Shown here piece by piece: positions 15,182 to 25,600 of a stretch of 64,000 nucleotides of DNA. A model generated the notes under the pieces. The model saw only the letters and a list, made by a program, of their open reading frames with translations. It was not told the DNA's origin and did no database searches. Source of the DNA: a virus (Duplodnaviria; Caudoviricetes); the IMG/VR virus record IMGVR_UViG_3300032280_000753, positions 77,403 to 141,402 of that record. One strand, written 5' to 3'. Numbering within the stretch: position 1 is the stretch's first letter; every line of letters begins with the position of its first letter. Made by a program: the position numbers and the translations under genes.

Positions 15182-18100
15182 ACTTCTACTTTCGATTCTA
15201 ACCCGTCGTTGTAAATGTCTATAATCTTATCTGCTACTTCTTTAATTGGGTCTACGTGTGTTATAACAAGTATTGTGCGGAAATATGATTTGAACATGGT
15301 CAACAGATCCATACATTTTATCATACTATCTTGATCAAGAGAACCAAATCCTTCATCTATTATGAAGATATCTGGGCGAGATAGACTGGATAGATTGATA
15401 AGAGCTACTCGTAGTGCAAGAGAACATATCATCTTTTCCATTCCAGATGCCAACTCAATAATCCGTCTTGAATGGCTATCTTCTATGTATACATCCATTA
15501 CATTAGAAGATATATCAGTTTCCAAACTTACTGTGAAATCAACAACACTATCCAATATCTTCGCCAATTCCATATTAATCGCTGGCATTTGTGTCTTTAA
15601 CACCATCGCTGGTATGCCATTCTTGGAAAATGCTTGTTGAACCGTCTCATATATTTTAAGCTTTTCCAAGTCAGATTTACACTCAATACGATCTTTTGTT
15701 AAAAGTTTTAGTTTTTCGTTCTTTCCACCGAGAGAAACAAACAAATCCCTTTGTTCTCGCTCCCTTGCCTCAATATTTTCTACTATAACATCAAGCGTTA
15801 ATTGCCTTTTTTCAAATTCCTTACGTTCGTTAGAAGATAGCAGATCGCCAATGGTCTTTTTTTCTCCTTCAAATTTCTCCAAAGTAGATTTAATAATGGA
15901 TATTTCTTTCTCCCTAACGTTCTTATCGGAAATTATCTTGTTAAGCTTCGTCTCCAACTCATATTCAAGACGTGATGCCTTTTCGTCAAGCTTGAGACTT
16001 TCTGCAATCTTTTCTTGAATTAGAACCTCTGTAATTCTATCAAGCTCTGCAATACTCTCCTGTAGCTCATTAACTTTATTTTCCTGATTTGGACGAAGCT
16101 TTTTGTCTGCGTGACTATCCTTGATGAAACGACACGTGGGAAAGCTGTCACCACAAGGAACTGTTTCAAGACGCTTAATAGACTTCTTTTGCTGTTCAAG
16201 AGTTTCAGTCTCTTTAACAAAGGATTGCTTAAGAGAAGATAGATCATTCTTTACACGATCAAGCTTTTCAAGCTTCTCATGCAATACCTTGATATCATAC
16301 TTTGAACGGGTAGACTTAACATCATCTAATTCATTTTTGATATTGCGAACCGTATTATCATGTTCGTCTTCAAGACGCAATAGATATGCAAGGGTCTTTT
16401 CTTTAGCTTCAATATCATTCTTAAGCTCATTAAACCGAGTTAATGAAACCGTCTGCATGACACTTTGATGCTGCATCATCCACAAACGCAGTTCATCACG
16501 CTCTTGTAGATTGCTCTGCTGCTGTGATTGAATACTGGAAATCTTCTTTTCAATTTCTTCTACTTCTTGATGCCCACGCTTAAGAGCAGATGCCCAATCA
16601 AAACCGATATACTTCTTGGTCTTCTCTGTTAGAACAGAATAATCATCCTTAGCATACACGTTGAGTTTATCAAAAAGCTCCAGGTCAAGGAAACGAGACA
16701 GAATAGCCTTTCTCTGTGTGGCACCTTCTTCAATAAACTTATTTATGCCGCCCTGATTTGACAAAGCAGTCATAAGAAAATCTTGAGGTTGACCAACAAG
16801 CTTTCGGATCTCTCTATCGGTTTCATCTCTGGAAATAGAGTTCTTCTCTGTAAGAGTTCCATCCATTTCAATCTTATAAAGGTTAAGACTGGTTACTGTC
16901 TTATCATCATCCTTCTTTGTAGCCTTCTTTGGAGTATTGCGGATCGTTTCTCTCTTAACGAGATAATCTTCTCCGCCTACAGAGAACGTTAGTTCAGCAG
17001 AACAATGCTTCTTATTTTTGTTAATGATATGAGCGCCCTTAAGCGGTCCTCTGTCCGTAGTATTGAATAGAGCATACATGATAGCCGCAATGATAGAGCT
17101 CTTTCCAATCTTGTTGGGACCAAAGATACCAACAATACCTTCAAGTCCTGCAAAGTCTACTTGATTACCTTCCCCATAACGGAAAATGTTATCAAACTTA
17201 AGCTTCTTTAGGGACCAAGATACATCACGAACAGCATTGTCAATGTCTTCTTGGTTAAGACGATTGAGATAGCTACGAATGACCGTAGAAGCCTCTACAA
17301 GCTGCTCTTCGTTTAGGACATAGCTTTCCTTGTGCGCTTCGACAAACTCTCTGTAAAGCCGGATTAGGGCGTCAGGATCGTTACGTAGATTGTTCTTGAG
17401 AACTTGTTCTCCAGTTGTTTCAATCGTTTCCATCCGATTGATAAGATCATATTTGTATACAACCTCAGAAGCACCCTTGTGCTCCTTAAGCTCATTCAAA
17501 AGTTGACGAGCCTCAACCTGCTGAATAGGTTGATTGCTAATAATACGAAAACGACTGCCTGGAATATATGAACGTTCCTTACGCTCTTTTTCGATAGAGC
17601 GCAAAGTTGTATTTACCGTTCCAGCCCAATTAACCGAAACATATGGTGCTCTATTCTCATGCTCATGGAACTCAACGTCCCATTCCTTCTCGTTCTTAAT
17701 ATCCCAAACAAGAAATCCCTTTGTTTCCGCTTCACCAAAGTTCTGCTGAATAAATGAACCGGGATATCCAACCCATGGCTTAGGGGTGCCCTTCTTGTCC
17801 AAACGGTAAGCAAGAAACTGTTGCTTATGAATATCACCAAGCATTGTGAAATCCATTCCTGTAAAGAATGAAACATCACGTTCACCATGCTCCATCTTCC
17901 ATTCCGTGTCCGTCTTGCAGCCACTAATAGAACCGTGAAACAAAGCAATATTAACCTTGTCTTGAATTGGCTTAATAGCCTTCCAACCATCTTCGTCAAA
18001 TGGTGAAAATACGTGAAGAGCAAAACGATTACTCCCCTTCACATCACGGGGAAGAGGATACGTTCCTGACTTCTTAAAAAGATAAGCGTCTGAATGATTG

Positions 18101-18408
18101 ATAGCCTCATGAATTGGTGAAATGATATCCTGACGATCAGAGTTGGTTAGATTGCCGTCATGATTACCAAGAATTGTAATAGATGGAGCGATATCAGCAA
18201 GGCTACGAAACATCCATGAAAGCTTCTCAATAACCTCGGGCGTAATCCCTTGGGTCTTCGTATGGAATGTATCTCCAGTATTAATGATAAGGTCAGGCTT
18301 AATCCTACGCCGGAGAGTATCAAAAAGTCTTTCAAAGCTTTCTGTATATTCGTCATGACGAGCAATACCACGCCAATGGATATCCGAAATCTGAACTATT
18401 TTTGTCAT
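15178..18408 (-). CDS. Fused SbcD/Mre11 nuclease and SbcC/Rad50 ATPase (gp47-gp46-like)
   Basis: Phosphoesterase motifs SDIH, TGD, GNHD, FHG, GDIH; then Walker A GPNKIGKS, a long coiled coil, signature ASGME, Walker B IIDEG and ITH. Confidence 0.92.
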   Translation of the reverse strand: MTKIVQISDIHWRGIARHDEYTESFERLFDTLRRRIKPDLIINTGDTFHTKTQGITPEVIEKLSWMFRSLADIAPSITILGNHDGNLTNSDRQDIISPIHEAINHSDAYLFKKSGTYPLPRDVKGSNRFALHVFSPFDEDGWKAIKPIQDKVNIALFHGSISGCKTDTEWKMEHGERDVSFFTGMDFTMLGDIHKQQFLAYRLDKKGTPKPWVGYPGSFIQQNFGEAETKGFLVWDIKNEKEWDVEFHEHENRAPYVSVNWAGTVNTTLRSIEKERKERSYIPGSRFRIISNQPIQQVEARQLLNELKEHKGASEVVYKYDLINRMETIETTGEQVLKNNLRNDPDALIRLYREFVEAHKESYVLNEEQLVEASTVIRSYLNRLNQEDIDNAVRDVSWSLKKLKFDNIFRYGEGNQVDFAGLEGIVGIFGPNKIGKSSIIAAIMYALFNTTDRGPLKGAHIINKNKKHCSAELTFSVGGEDYLVKRETIRNTPKKATKKDDDKTVTSLNLYKIEMDGTLTEKNSISRDETDREIRKLVGQPQDFLMTALSNQGGINKFIEEGATQRKAILSRFLDLELFDKLNVYAKDDYSVLTEKTKKYIGFDWASALKRGHQEVEEIEKKISSIQSQQQSNLQERDELRLWMMQHQSVMQTVSLTRFNELKNDIEAKEKTLAYLLRLEDEHDNTVRNIKNELDDVKSTRSKYDIKVLHEKLEKLDRVKNDLSSLKQSFVKETETLEQQKKSIKRLETVPCGDSFPTCRFIKDSHADKKLRPNQENKVNELQESIAELDRITEVLIQEKIAESLKLDEKASRLEYELETKLNKIISDKNVREKEISIIKSTLEKFEGEKKTIGDLLSSNERKEFEKRQLTLDVIVENIEAREREQRDLFVSLGGKNEKLKLLTKDRIECKSDLEKLKIYETVQQAFSKNGIPAMVLKTQMPAINMELAKILDSVVDFTVSLETDISSNVMDVYIEDSHSRRIIELASGMEKMICSLALRVALINLSSLSRPDIFIIDEGFGSLDQDSMIKCMDLLTMFKSYFRTILVITHVDPIKEVADKIIDIYNDGLESKVEV

Positions 18409-18412
18409 TCTT

Positions 18413-19417
18413 TTATGCCTTTAGTAATTTTGATATCTTTGCCCTTAGCAAATAGTCCTTACTAAATGGTGTAACATTTCCTAATAACGAGTTAAACTGA
18501 CTTTGCGTTAGCTCTCCAACATCTTTATATGGCGCAGGAATATCCATAATAGATACTGATATATCATATTCACTTAACATATCAGCAATCTTAAGAACCT
18601 TATCTTTTGCGTCTGGATCTAATGCCAATATCACAGGCGTCTTATGTTTGGCTAACATAAGAAATAACTTATAATCTGTAGTTAAATCAGAACCTAAAAG
18701 ACAAGTGGCATTTGAATTGCATTTAATAAGATCAAATGGTCCCTCAACTATAGTCAATGGCTCATTCCAATTAATATTAATCTCGTTAAATATAACGTCC
18801 TCTCTATGAACATTAGGATTTAAATATTTCGGATTAACATCAGCATATGATCTTCCAGTAAAATAATTTAAATCACCTTCAATAGAAAACGATGGCATAA
18901 TCACACGATTAACAAAAGCCCTATCCTCTATTGCAATTCCAAACTTCCAATACCAAAGATTGGAAGGATCAAGGTCTTTGGCTTCTATACCAAATCTATA
19001 AGCAATATAACTAATGGCTGACCGATAACTAATTTCCATCTTCATATCGGTATTCGGCAAAGCTAATAGCTGAAACCCATTTGGAAGCTTAAACTCAACC
19101 TCTGTAACAATCTTATTGTTATTGGCGTTATTCAACTTAAGCTGTTGAGTGCCAACAAATCTATTCAGATATTCTGCAAAATAACCGGAATGAAATCTGC
19201 GAATAAGATCAGCAAGATTACGAGACTTATAATTGCAAATCCAACAATGCAAAGCAAAGTTATCTGTTCTTATTGCAAGCTTACGCTTGTTATAAAATGA
19301 ACCATTCTTTTGCGTGCAGATGGGACAAGAAACCGATATGTTAGCACCTTGGTTCGATAGAGTTCCAGATCCAAAGACCTTTTCAATAAACTCTATAGCC
19401 TGACCTCTGGTATACAT
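18413..19417 (-). CDS. dnaG: DNA primase
   Basis: Zn finger CPIC...HCWIC, KYLNP, TOPRIM motifs VEGPFD and LDPD. Confidence 0.88.
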   Translation of the reverse strand: MYTRGQAIEFIEKVFGSGTLSNQGANISVSCPICTQKNGSFYNKRKLAIRTDNFALHCWICNYKSRNLADLIRRFHSGYFAEYLNRFVGTQQLKLNNANNNKIVTEVEFKLPNGFQLLALPNTDMKMEISYRSAISYIAYRFGIEAKDLDPSNLWYWKFGIAIEDRAFVNRVIMPSFSIEGDLNYFTGRSYADVNPKYLNPNVHREDVIFNEININWNEPLTIVEGPFDLIKCNSNATCLLGSDLTTDYKLFLMLAKHKTPVILALDPDAKDKVLKIADMLSEYDISVSIMDIPAPYKDVGELTQSQFNSLLGNVTPFSKDYLLRAKISKLLKA

Positions 19418-19418
19418 A

Positions 19419-20033
19419 TCACTTCTTCTTTCGTTGCTCTTTAGGAGTGTCCTTTAATATTTTTATCGTTCCCGATCCCGTTCGTCCATACAAGTTATGA
19501 GCTCTCCAAACAAACCAAGCATATTCAATACTATCAGTTCCTTTACCGTTGAATGACGGACGATTTGGTAGAACATAGATATCTGGCGTGTGTTCTCGGA
19601 GATAATCTGACCGCTCACCGCTACCCATGAAGTTAAGTCGTAATAACATGCATACATACTCTGGCTCCAACTCTATTGATTTCTTTATAAACTCTAATGC
19701 CTTTGAGAACGGTGGGTTAGTAATAACTACATTAAACTCTTTATTTAATCCCGTCTCGAAGAAGCTTTCCATGTGGACTTGACTTGGGTCTACCAAGGCT
19801 TCTAAATCGCTTTTAAACTTATCCTGTAGTTCAGATGCGGTCCATGTGAGCGGACGCTTATAAGACTTGTTTACAGCCCGTATAACGGCTCCATCTCCAG
19901 CAGCAGGTTCTAACCACTTACCAGAAGGCAAAGACAACTCATCCAATAAACGATTAACACACCAATCAGGCGTTGGATAGTAATCGTTATCTATACGGTT
20001 CTTAGAATTTTTTTTAGTTGATGACATAATCAA
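19419..20033 (-). CDS. Amino-type DNA methyltransferase (probably N6-adenine)
   Basis: DYYPTP, LEPAAGDG (motif I), ITNPPF (motif IV). Confidence 0.88.
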   Translation of the reverse strand: MIMSSTKKNSKNRIDNDYYPTPDWCVNRLLDELSLPSGKWLEPAAGDGAVIRAVNKSYKRPLTWTASELQDKFKSDLEALVDPSQVHMESFFETGLNKEFNVVITNPPFSKALEFIKKSIELEPEYVCMLLRLNFMGSGERSDYLREHTPDIYVLPNRPSFNGKGTDSIEYAWFVWRAHNLYGRTGSGTIKILKDTPKEQRKKK

Positions 20034-20084
20034 GGATTTAGTAGCATTCCACTACGGCAAATAATCCAACTATCTGCCATATTT

Positions 20085-20846
20085 TCATATGCTATCTTTT
20101 CTTCTCCAACCTTTATACGATTTACATGAACCTCTTATAAGAGCATGAACAACATGATAATTTAAACCACGCTGTTCGCTCCAAGATTTAACGTTATGTA
20201 TAGGACCACATTCTTCTCCATTTTCATGAATAAGAACTAAATCATATGTTTTTGCCGAGCGCATACTGACCATTTTTTTAATCTGTTCTAAATCACCAGT
20301 ATAGTCTTTATTTTCCGGCAATCTCCATCCTTTATGTGACATTGATTTTTTAAACTTAATACGAATTAAAGCGCCTCTATCTAAACCATGTTCTTTACAA
20401 AAGGAACGAGCCCCGTTAACTGTATACAAAACGTTATCTGGAGATAATATCTGCCAAGGGGCAGCTTTTTTTCTTGCAATTGACAACATCTTTTCTTTTG
20501 TTTGCTGCGAATGAAATACACCAGTTGTGTTTCCGGCTACAGGACATATGTTATAGCACGTATGTTTATTATCAAAATAAACATTTAACCAATGATTTTC
20601 TTTTGTTAGTAAGTCTTCTGCTTTTTCTACAGCTTCAAGTAAATGAAACTCAAAAGCTTCAGAACCACACTTATTCCAGTCATTTTGAAGATATGAGTTT
20701 CCATGCCTATTTCTATTTAAGCATGATATATGAGAAGCATATCTTCTTTGAAGAAGAATTGCGCTACCAACATATATTCTATTGTTTAGAACATTAACAA
20801 TTTTATATATGCCCATTTTCTGTTGGTTGTTTATTTTCCATTTCAT
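20085..20846 (-). CDS. Free-standing GIY-YIG homing endonuclease
   Basis: GIYKI...YVGSA...R..H and YN motifs, followed by repeated C-terminal DNA-binding modules ending KGWR. Confidence 0.88.
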   Translation of the reverse strand: MKWKINNQQKMGIYKIVNVLNNRIYVGSAILLQRRYASHISCLNRNRHGNSYLQNDWNKCGSEAFEFHLLEAVEKAEDLLTKENHWLNVYFDNKHTCYNICPVAGNTTGVFHSQQTKEKMLSIARKKAAPWQILSPDNVLYTVNGARSFCKEHGLDRGALIRIKFKKSMSHKGWRLPENKDYTGDLEQIKKMVSMRSAKTYDLVLIHENGEECGPIHNVKSWSEQRGLNYHVVHALIRGSCKSYKGWRRKDSI

Positions 20847-20890
20847 ACATCACCTATCCATCACCTATAAATATGACGAACAAATGCATT

Positions 20891-21559
20891 TTATGGATAA
20901 ATTAGTTGTCCACCTCTACAAATAATCCAAGCATCGGAAAGATCCTCATTAACCTTATCATATATCATTTGACCTTTAAACTGTCCCGTCTTTGCCTCAC
21001 GGATTATCCATGGAAAACTGGGATTTAAAGTTCTTACGTGCAACAAAACCTTGTCCTTAGTGGAAGAGGTCTTATCTTTATAATCTATCTTAATGTTAAG
21101 TTTAGAGCGGGCAGAGCGAACATTAACCATAATAGGTTTAACGCCAAATAACTGATAGACCATATAAGAAAGAATACCATTGAAACGTCCTAATGTCATT
21201 ATTGTGTCAGCAGACGAAAACCCTGGTGTAAACTTTTTGGCAGCTTCCTCAATGTATATGCGACGAACTTTCCAAGATGGATCAATCCAGTCTGAAAGAA
21301 AGTTATCCGCCTTCTCATATTCATCTTCAAACTTAACAAGCTTCTTATGTGTCAGCTTAACAAGTTGACCAGTTTTGCTATCTATTACGCAGATGCCGGT
21401 GCAGCTCGTGCTGATGTCTAAACCCAAATCAACTAAACGCTTGCCTTCTCCTGTTGCTTCTCCAGAAGGAGGAACCGGGCTCGGATCGGGAATATTACTG
21501 TCTCCGTCCAAAACTCGTATGTCGTCAACCTTCCCTTTTTTGTTAGACTTTCGCACCAT
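20891..21559 (-). CDS. ruvC: RuvC-like Holliday junction resolvase (true start may be downstream, near LGLDISTS)
   Basis: LGLDISTSCTG, IYIEE, and DLSDAWII. Confidence 0.8.
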   Translation of the reverse strand: MVRKSNKKGKVDDIRVLDGDSNIPDPSPVPPSGEATGEGKRLVDLGLDISTSCTGICVIDSKTGQLVKLTHKKLVKFEDEYEKADNFLSDWIDPSWKVRRIYIEEAAKKFTPGFSSADTIMTLGRFNGILSYMVYQLFGVKPIMVNVRSARSKLNIKIDYKDKTSSTKDKVLLHVRTLNPSFPWIIREAKTGQFKGQMIYDKVNEDLSDAWIICRGGQLIYP

Positions 21560-21924
21560 CTTCTTGCTGCCTCTGCTTTCTTTACTACCATTATATTATT
21601 CAACGCAGAGTTTCGTTTGACTTCAATAATTTTTTGAGAGCCATCAACATAATTTACTACGAAATCTGGTATATAAAATCTGACCCTACCAGACTTCGTA
21701 TTAGCTATATACGCTATTTTATATGGCTCATAATCATATGTTGTTATAAGCGGATCTTCATCAAAATGCTTACAGACATACAACTCCCAGGAAGAACGAT
21801 ATTGAATAGGATGGGGAGATTTTGGAGAGTTATGTGTTCCGGTAATATAATGAGACTGTCTCTTACCTTTACGGGTTCTCTTCCTGCGTTTTGTTGGAGT
21901 TTTTGTAGTCTTTGCTTTTGTCAT
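21433..21924 (-). CDS. TnsA-like endonuclease / head-completion protein (T4 gp4-like)
   Basis: YRSSWE, YIPDF and IIEVK motifs. Confidence 0.82.
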   Translation of the reverse strand: MTKAKTTKTPTKRRKRTRKGKRQSHYITGTHNSPKSPHPIQYRSSWELYVCKHFDEDPLITTYDYEPYKIAYIANTKSGRVRFYIPDFVVNYVDGSQKIIEVKRNSALNNIMVVKKAEAARRWCESLTKKGRLTTYEFWTETVIFPIRARFLLLEKQQEKASV

Positions 21925-21939
21925 AATACGTATTAGTTC

Positions 21940-21963
21940 ATAAGTGGAACCCTACCAATTAGA
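21940..21963. repeat. 24-bp direct repeat, copy 1 (ATAAGTGGAACCCTACCAATTAGA)
   Basis: Exact match to 54151-54174. Confidence 0.9.
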
Positions 21964-22017
21964 AGAGGTGTATGGGTATTATAGGCTAATCACGTGACTA
22001 AAGTATGTGTGTATCGA

Positions 22018-24372
22018 TCAATAATCCATCTTAATTTTGAAGAGAAACTTATCACCGGAGCGTTTAAGAACCGGTTGAGCTATAGAAGTTCTGCCAATAA
22101 CGTTTAGATTATCATCGTGTAATAATACATTGGATATAAAGACGTATTTCTTATCATTTTCATTTGCAAAATCATCTATATTCCCATTTTGGAATTGAGC
22201 ATAGCTGGAACTAATTTCCTGCATGGGTCTTGCATACCCATTTACCGATAAAACGTGAATATTCTGAATGCCTTGGAATTCACATTGGAATTGGTTAAGA
22301 CCAAAGAAGTAGAGTTGTGGAACCTTAAGCAGAATAATTCCTTCGTTATAAAATATGTTGCCTATAGAAGCCCATGTTGCATGAGCGGTATCTGCATCTG
22401 CCCGGTATAGATTACCATAACCATCATCTTTAATGGTCATTGATATACTACCGCTTATAGAACCGCTTATGTTTGCATCTGTCAGAACAAACGTTCCTGG
22501 CTTAATACACAAACCATAATACATATTACTGATATCAAAGAATACAACCTGATTACTTGTGTTGTCACGTGTTCTATCGAAGATTGCATAATCTGAAGCG
22601 GGTGTAACTCCACTCTTCCAGAAGTTATCCGGATTATTTGCTCCTTGTAAAGCTACTGATATTGAATTGTCTTGATCATCAGATTGTAAAACCTGACCTG
22701 GGAATGAACCAGTTATCATATCTCTTAAAGAGATTGCTCCTGGCACATAATTTCCTAAATCATCAACAAATTTACTTCCGCTTAAATCGCTTAATAAACC
22801 ATAGTTTGGAAAGAACTTTCCATTATCGTTTGGAAGTATTGAATATAGTCTCTTTACATTTGAACCGGTTGAATACAATAAAGTATTTGCTTCAGTTGCT
22901 GTTGATAACGTTGTTGTGATAGTAGAAGCTGTTAGATTCATTAATCTTGGGTAACGCCCAGTAACAAAATCTCTTACGTAATTTTCGAGATTTATATAGT
23001 GCCCACCACAACCAAAAGCCATTTTGATATCAAATGGGTCTATAGTTGTTCCATCTTTTGCAATCAAAGGAGTTGTTAATACGCCGCCATCATCATTTAC
23101 TACTTGTCTATATGGACTTTCTTGTGTAAAGAAAGGCGGAAGATAAAACTTAAGATCACTTGTTATTGATTTTACGCCAAAACTATCAAGAGCTTTAATT
23201 TGATCGGTATTGAGATATGAATTATATAATTTTAATTCATGAATTTCTGCCTTAAGAGGATATTTGAAAGCATATGATATAGGCGCATCTTGTGCTGTGC
23301 TATTTTTCAACTCTTCTATTCCATATTTCAATGATGGGTTTGTAGAAAAAAACCATGATGTTTCATTGGATGGACCAGCGTTAGTTCCTTGAAAATAATT
23401 GCCAACGCACAAGATATCTTGATTGAGAGATGCTGAACCAACTGTTAAGCTATTTGTTATAGCAAAGTTACCTTTATTAATTGAATCAACAATAAATGAA
23501 CCGGAACCAAAGTTATAATTTGGACCTCCCCAACGTATTGTTACGTGATGCCATTTATTAACTTCTAATGCATTATCATTTGATAAGAACGTATATGCAG
23601 ATGATGTTGAGGCTAAGTCTGGAGCTATATCTGCGGCTCCTGAGAGCTGTAGCAATAATTTAAAACCACTAATCTTTCCATTGATATCTCGTGCCGATCC
23701 CGAACATAAGCTTATAGCAAATGCACTGGACATATGCATTAAAGTCCCAGGCTTGTATATAACTTCATTTGTATATACAGGCTTTGGCTTTATCCAAAAA
23801 TCAAAAGAGAATGCATTGGAATAGCTATAATCTCTATAATTGCTATTCAAAGAGTTAAGTGGGTTTGGGTATAATAAGACACTTCCAGTAGGGGTATTGC
23901 TGGAAGAGAAAAAATTTAAACTGTGATAGTTTGTATAGTTGTAATGAGCCGTTGGATACGAAGTTCTATAATATGGCATCAACGTATTGATGGTAACAAG
24001 CTTACGTAGTGTATTAGAGTTAAATCGGAACGGCGGCTCAAATCTAAGGATTTCTAATCGTTGATATTGCTTTGGAGATATTGGAGTTTCTTGAACCCCT
24101 GTCATATAAGATGTAATCTCCGAAACAATATTCGTAGAACCAGTTGAAGCTGTAATAGCATTCAAACGTAATTGATTTAAATCATAATCATTGAAATATG
24201 ATTTATTATAATATGTTAAGGGATATGGTTCTTTTTGAAATGTAGAACGTCTTGCAAAAAGATAAAGAGATCCAGTTACACCACCTGTTGAAGAACTGAC
24301 ATAAGTTCTTCTTGGATTGGTTTCAATTGTGAACGTTTCGAAATCATCTGGTGTAACTCGTTGTATTGACAT
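22018..24372 (-). CDS. Virion/baseplate protein with a LamG-like domain and a C-terminal tail-collar-like domain
   Basis: FSFDFWIKP...WHHVTIRW...IHELKLYN (LamG); C-terminal LLHDDNLNVIGRTSIAQPVLK...KIKMDY. Confidence 0.65.
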   Translation of the reverse strand: MSIQRVTPDDFETFTIETNPRRTYVSSSTGGVTGSLYLFARRSTFQKEPYPLTYYNKSYFNDYDLNQLRLNAITASTGSTNIVSEITSYMTGVQETPISPKQYQRLEILRFEPPFRFNSNTLRKLVTINTLMPYYRTSYPTAHYNYTNYHSLNFFSSSNTPTGSVLLYPNPLNSLNSNYRDYSYSNAFSFDFWIKPKPVYTNEVIYKPGTLMHMSSAFAISLCSGSARDINGKISGFKLLLQLSGAADIAPDLASTSSAYTFLSNDNALEVNKWHHVTIRWGGPNYNFGSGSFIVDSINKGNFAITNSLTVGSASLNQDILCVGNYFQGTNAGPSNETSWFFSTNPSLKYGIEELKNSTAQDAPISYAFKYPLKAEIHELKLYNSYLNTDQIKALDSFGVKSITSDLKFYLPPFFTQESPYRQVVNDDGGVLTTPLIAKDGTTIDPFDIKMAFGCGGHYINLENYVRDFVTGRYPRLMNLTASTITTTLSTATEANTLLYSTGSNVKRLYSILPNDNGKFFPNYGLLSDLSGSKFVDDLGNYVPGAISLRDMITGSFPGQVLQSDDQDNSISVALQGANNPDNFWKSGVTPASDYAIFDRTRDNTSNQVVFFDISNMYYGLCIKPGTFVLTDANISGSISGSISMTIKDDGYGNLYRADADTAHATWASIGNIFYNEGIILLKVPQLYFFGLNQFQCEFQGIQNIHVLSVNGYARPMQEISSSYAQFQNGNIDDFANENDKKYVFISNVLLHDDNLNVIGRTSIAQPVLKRSGDKFLFKIKMDY

Positions 24373-24394
24373 AGCATACGTTCAATCTGAAATA

Positions 24395-25585
24395 TCAGAA
24401 ATCAAGTCTTACTTTGAATGTGATATCTCTTTCAGAATCTTTGAAAACTGGACGTGATAGTTTCGATACTCCAAGAAGATTGTTATTGTCATCATACAAT
24501 CCTATTGAAGATACAAACGTAAATCCTTCTTGTTCTAACTCTTGTCCTTCATCAATAACTACAATACGATTGTTGTCATCTGTATAGGTTGGATTTGAAG
24601 AGTAATTGAATGAATCTGGGTTTGCACGACAGAAAAATATTGTGCTGTTAATATTTGTAACGTTCTGAAATGTCACAGCGGTTTCATTAGATGATGTGAA
24701 TCTTGTTGAACACAAATGATCCAAGAAATCATCTATAGAAGCTGACGCACCAAACATACAAAGTGATGCGGACATATTTCCATTAATCCCGCTTGTATAT
24801 TCAACAGAGCTAATAGCTCCAGATATAAAAGTCTTTTGATCAAAACTTCTTGACATATCAAGAACCATTATTCCACGATCAAGGAATAGAAGTCCGTATG
24901 GATTTGTTGTAACGGCAGAATCAACTAATACAGCAGCTTCACCGCCAACAGTATAGTATTTGTTGGTGCTGGAGTTAATATCAGTAAAGATAGACGCACT
25001 AACACCGGACTTAACAATATTACCTGCTACGTTTGCTGGAGTTGGAACTGCAACACCATTTCCAGAAGCAGATACAAAGAATCTAATGGCCGTTGTCTCT
25101 CTTTTTACTTTATCTCTTGCAAACAAACGTTTAAAGCAAATGAATACAGCTTCTTTAATTTCAATTGTATTGTTTGATGCTGGGGCTGTTGCTGTAAATG
25201 TTGCAGTTTCATCACCAAGCAACTCACGTGCAAATAAACGATATATATCTATTTTTTCTCTCATCATAAGAGAGTTAGCTGGAAATATGTATTTGCCGTT
25301 TGCATCTATTGTAGGGGCCCAAGCAGATACTATTGATGAACCGGTTGAGTAACCATAAGTGATGTCAAAAACTGGATTGGCAGTTTGTAAAGTAAAGTCT
25401 TGATCAAATACTGTTTGAAACAAAGAAGACGTTACTCCCGGTCCAAGACCTCCAGTTACGAACACTTGATATTCTCTTCTGGTTGCAGAAGAAGAAACAT
25501 CAGAACCAATGATATCAACCAATTGGTTTAAATAAGAAGTTGTTGACTTAATATCTTGATTGTCAAACGCTTGAAAAGTAGCCAT
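24395..25585 (-). CDS. Baseplate/tail structural protein
   Basis: C-terminal IGLYDDNNNLLGVSKLSRPVFK...VRLDF, paralogous to the neighbouring gene. Confidence 0.65.
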   Translation of the reverse strand: MATFQAFDNQDIKSTTSYLNQLVDIIGSDVSSSATRREYQVFVTGGLGPGVTSSLFQTVFDQDFTLQTANPVFDITYGYSTGSSIVSAWAPTIDANGKYIFPANSLMMREKIDIYRLFARELLGDETATFTATAPASNNTIEIKEAVFICFKRLFARDKVKRETTAIRFFVSASGNGVAVPTPANVAGNIVKSGVSASIFTDINSSTNKYYTVGGEAAVLVDSAVTTNPYGLLFLDRGIMVLDMSRSFDQKTFISGAISSVEYTSGINGNMSASLCMFGASASIDDFLDHLCSTRFTSSNETAVTFQNVTNINSTIFFCRANPDSFNYSSNPTYTDDNNRIVVIDEGQELEQEGFTFVSSIGLYDDNNNLLGVSKLSRPVFKDSERDITFKVRLDF

Positions 25586-25600
25586 TATACCTTGTCCTTA

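Noticed and set aside
20085-20846. GIY-YIG gene as an intron-encoded ORF
   Set aside because: Both flanking genes are intact and the spacers (~50 bp) are too short for an intron core.
20848-20868. Tandem CATCACCTAT duplication upstream of the GIY-YIG gene
   Set aside because: On the minus strand it reads as a doubled AGGTGA ribosome-binding site; too short to support anything more.
21433-21924. Tn7-like transposon suggested by the TnsA-like domain
   Set aside because: No tnsB/tnsC or terminal repeats; it fits the T4 gp4-type head-completion nuclease.
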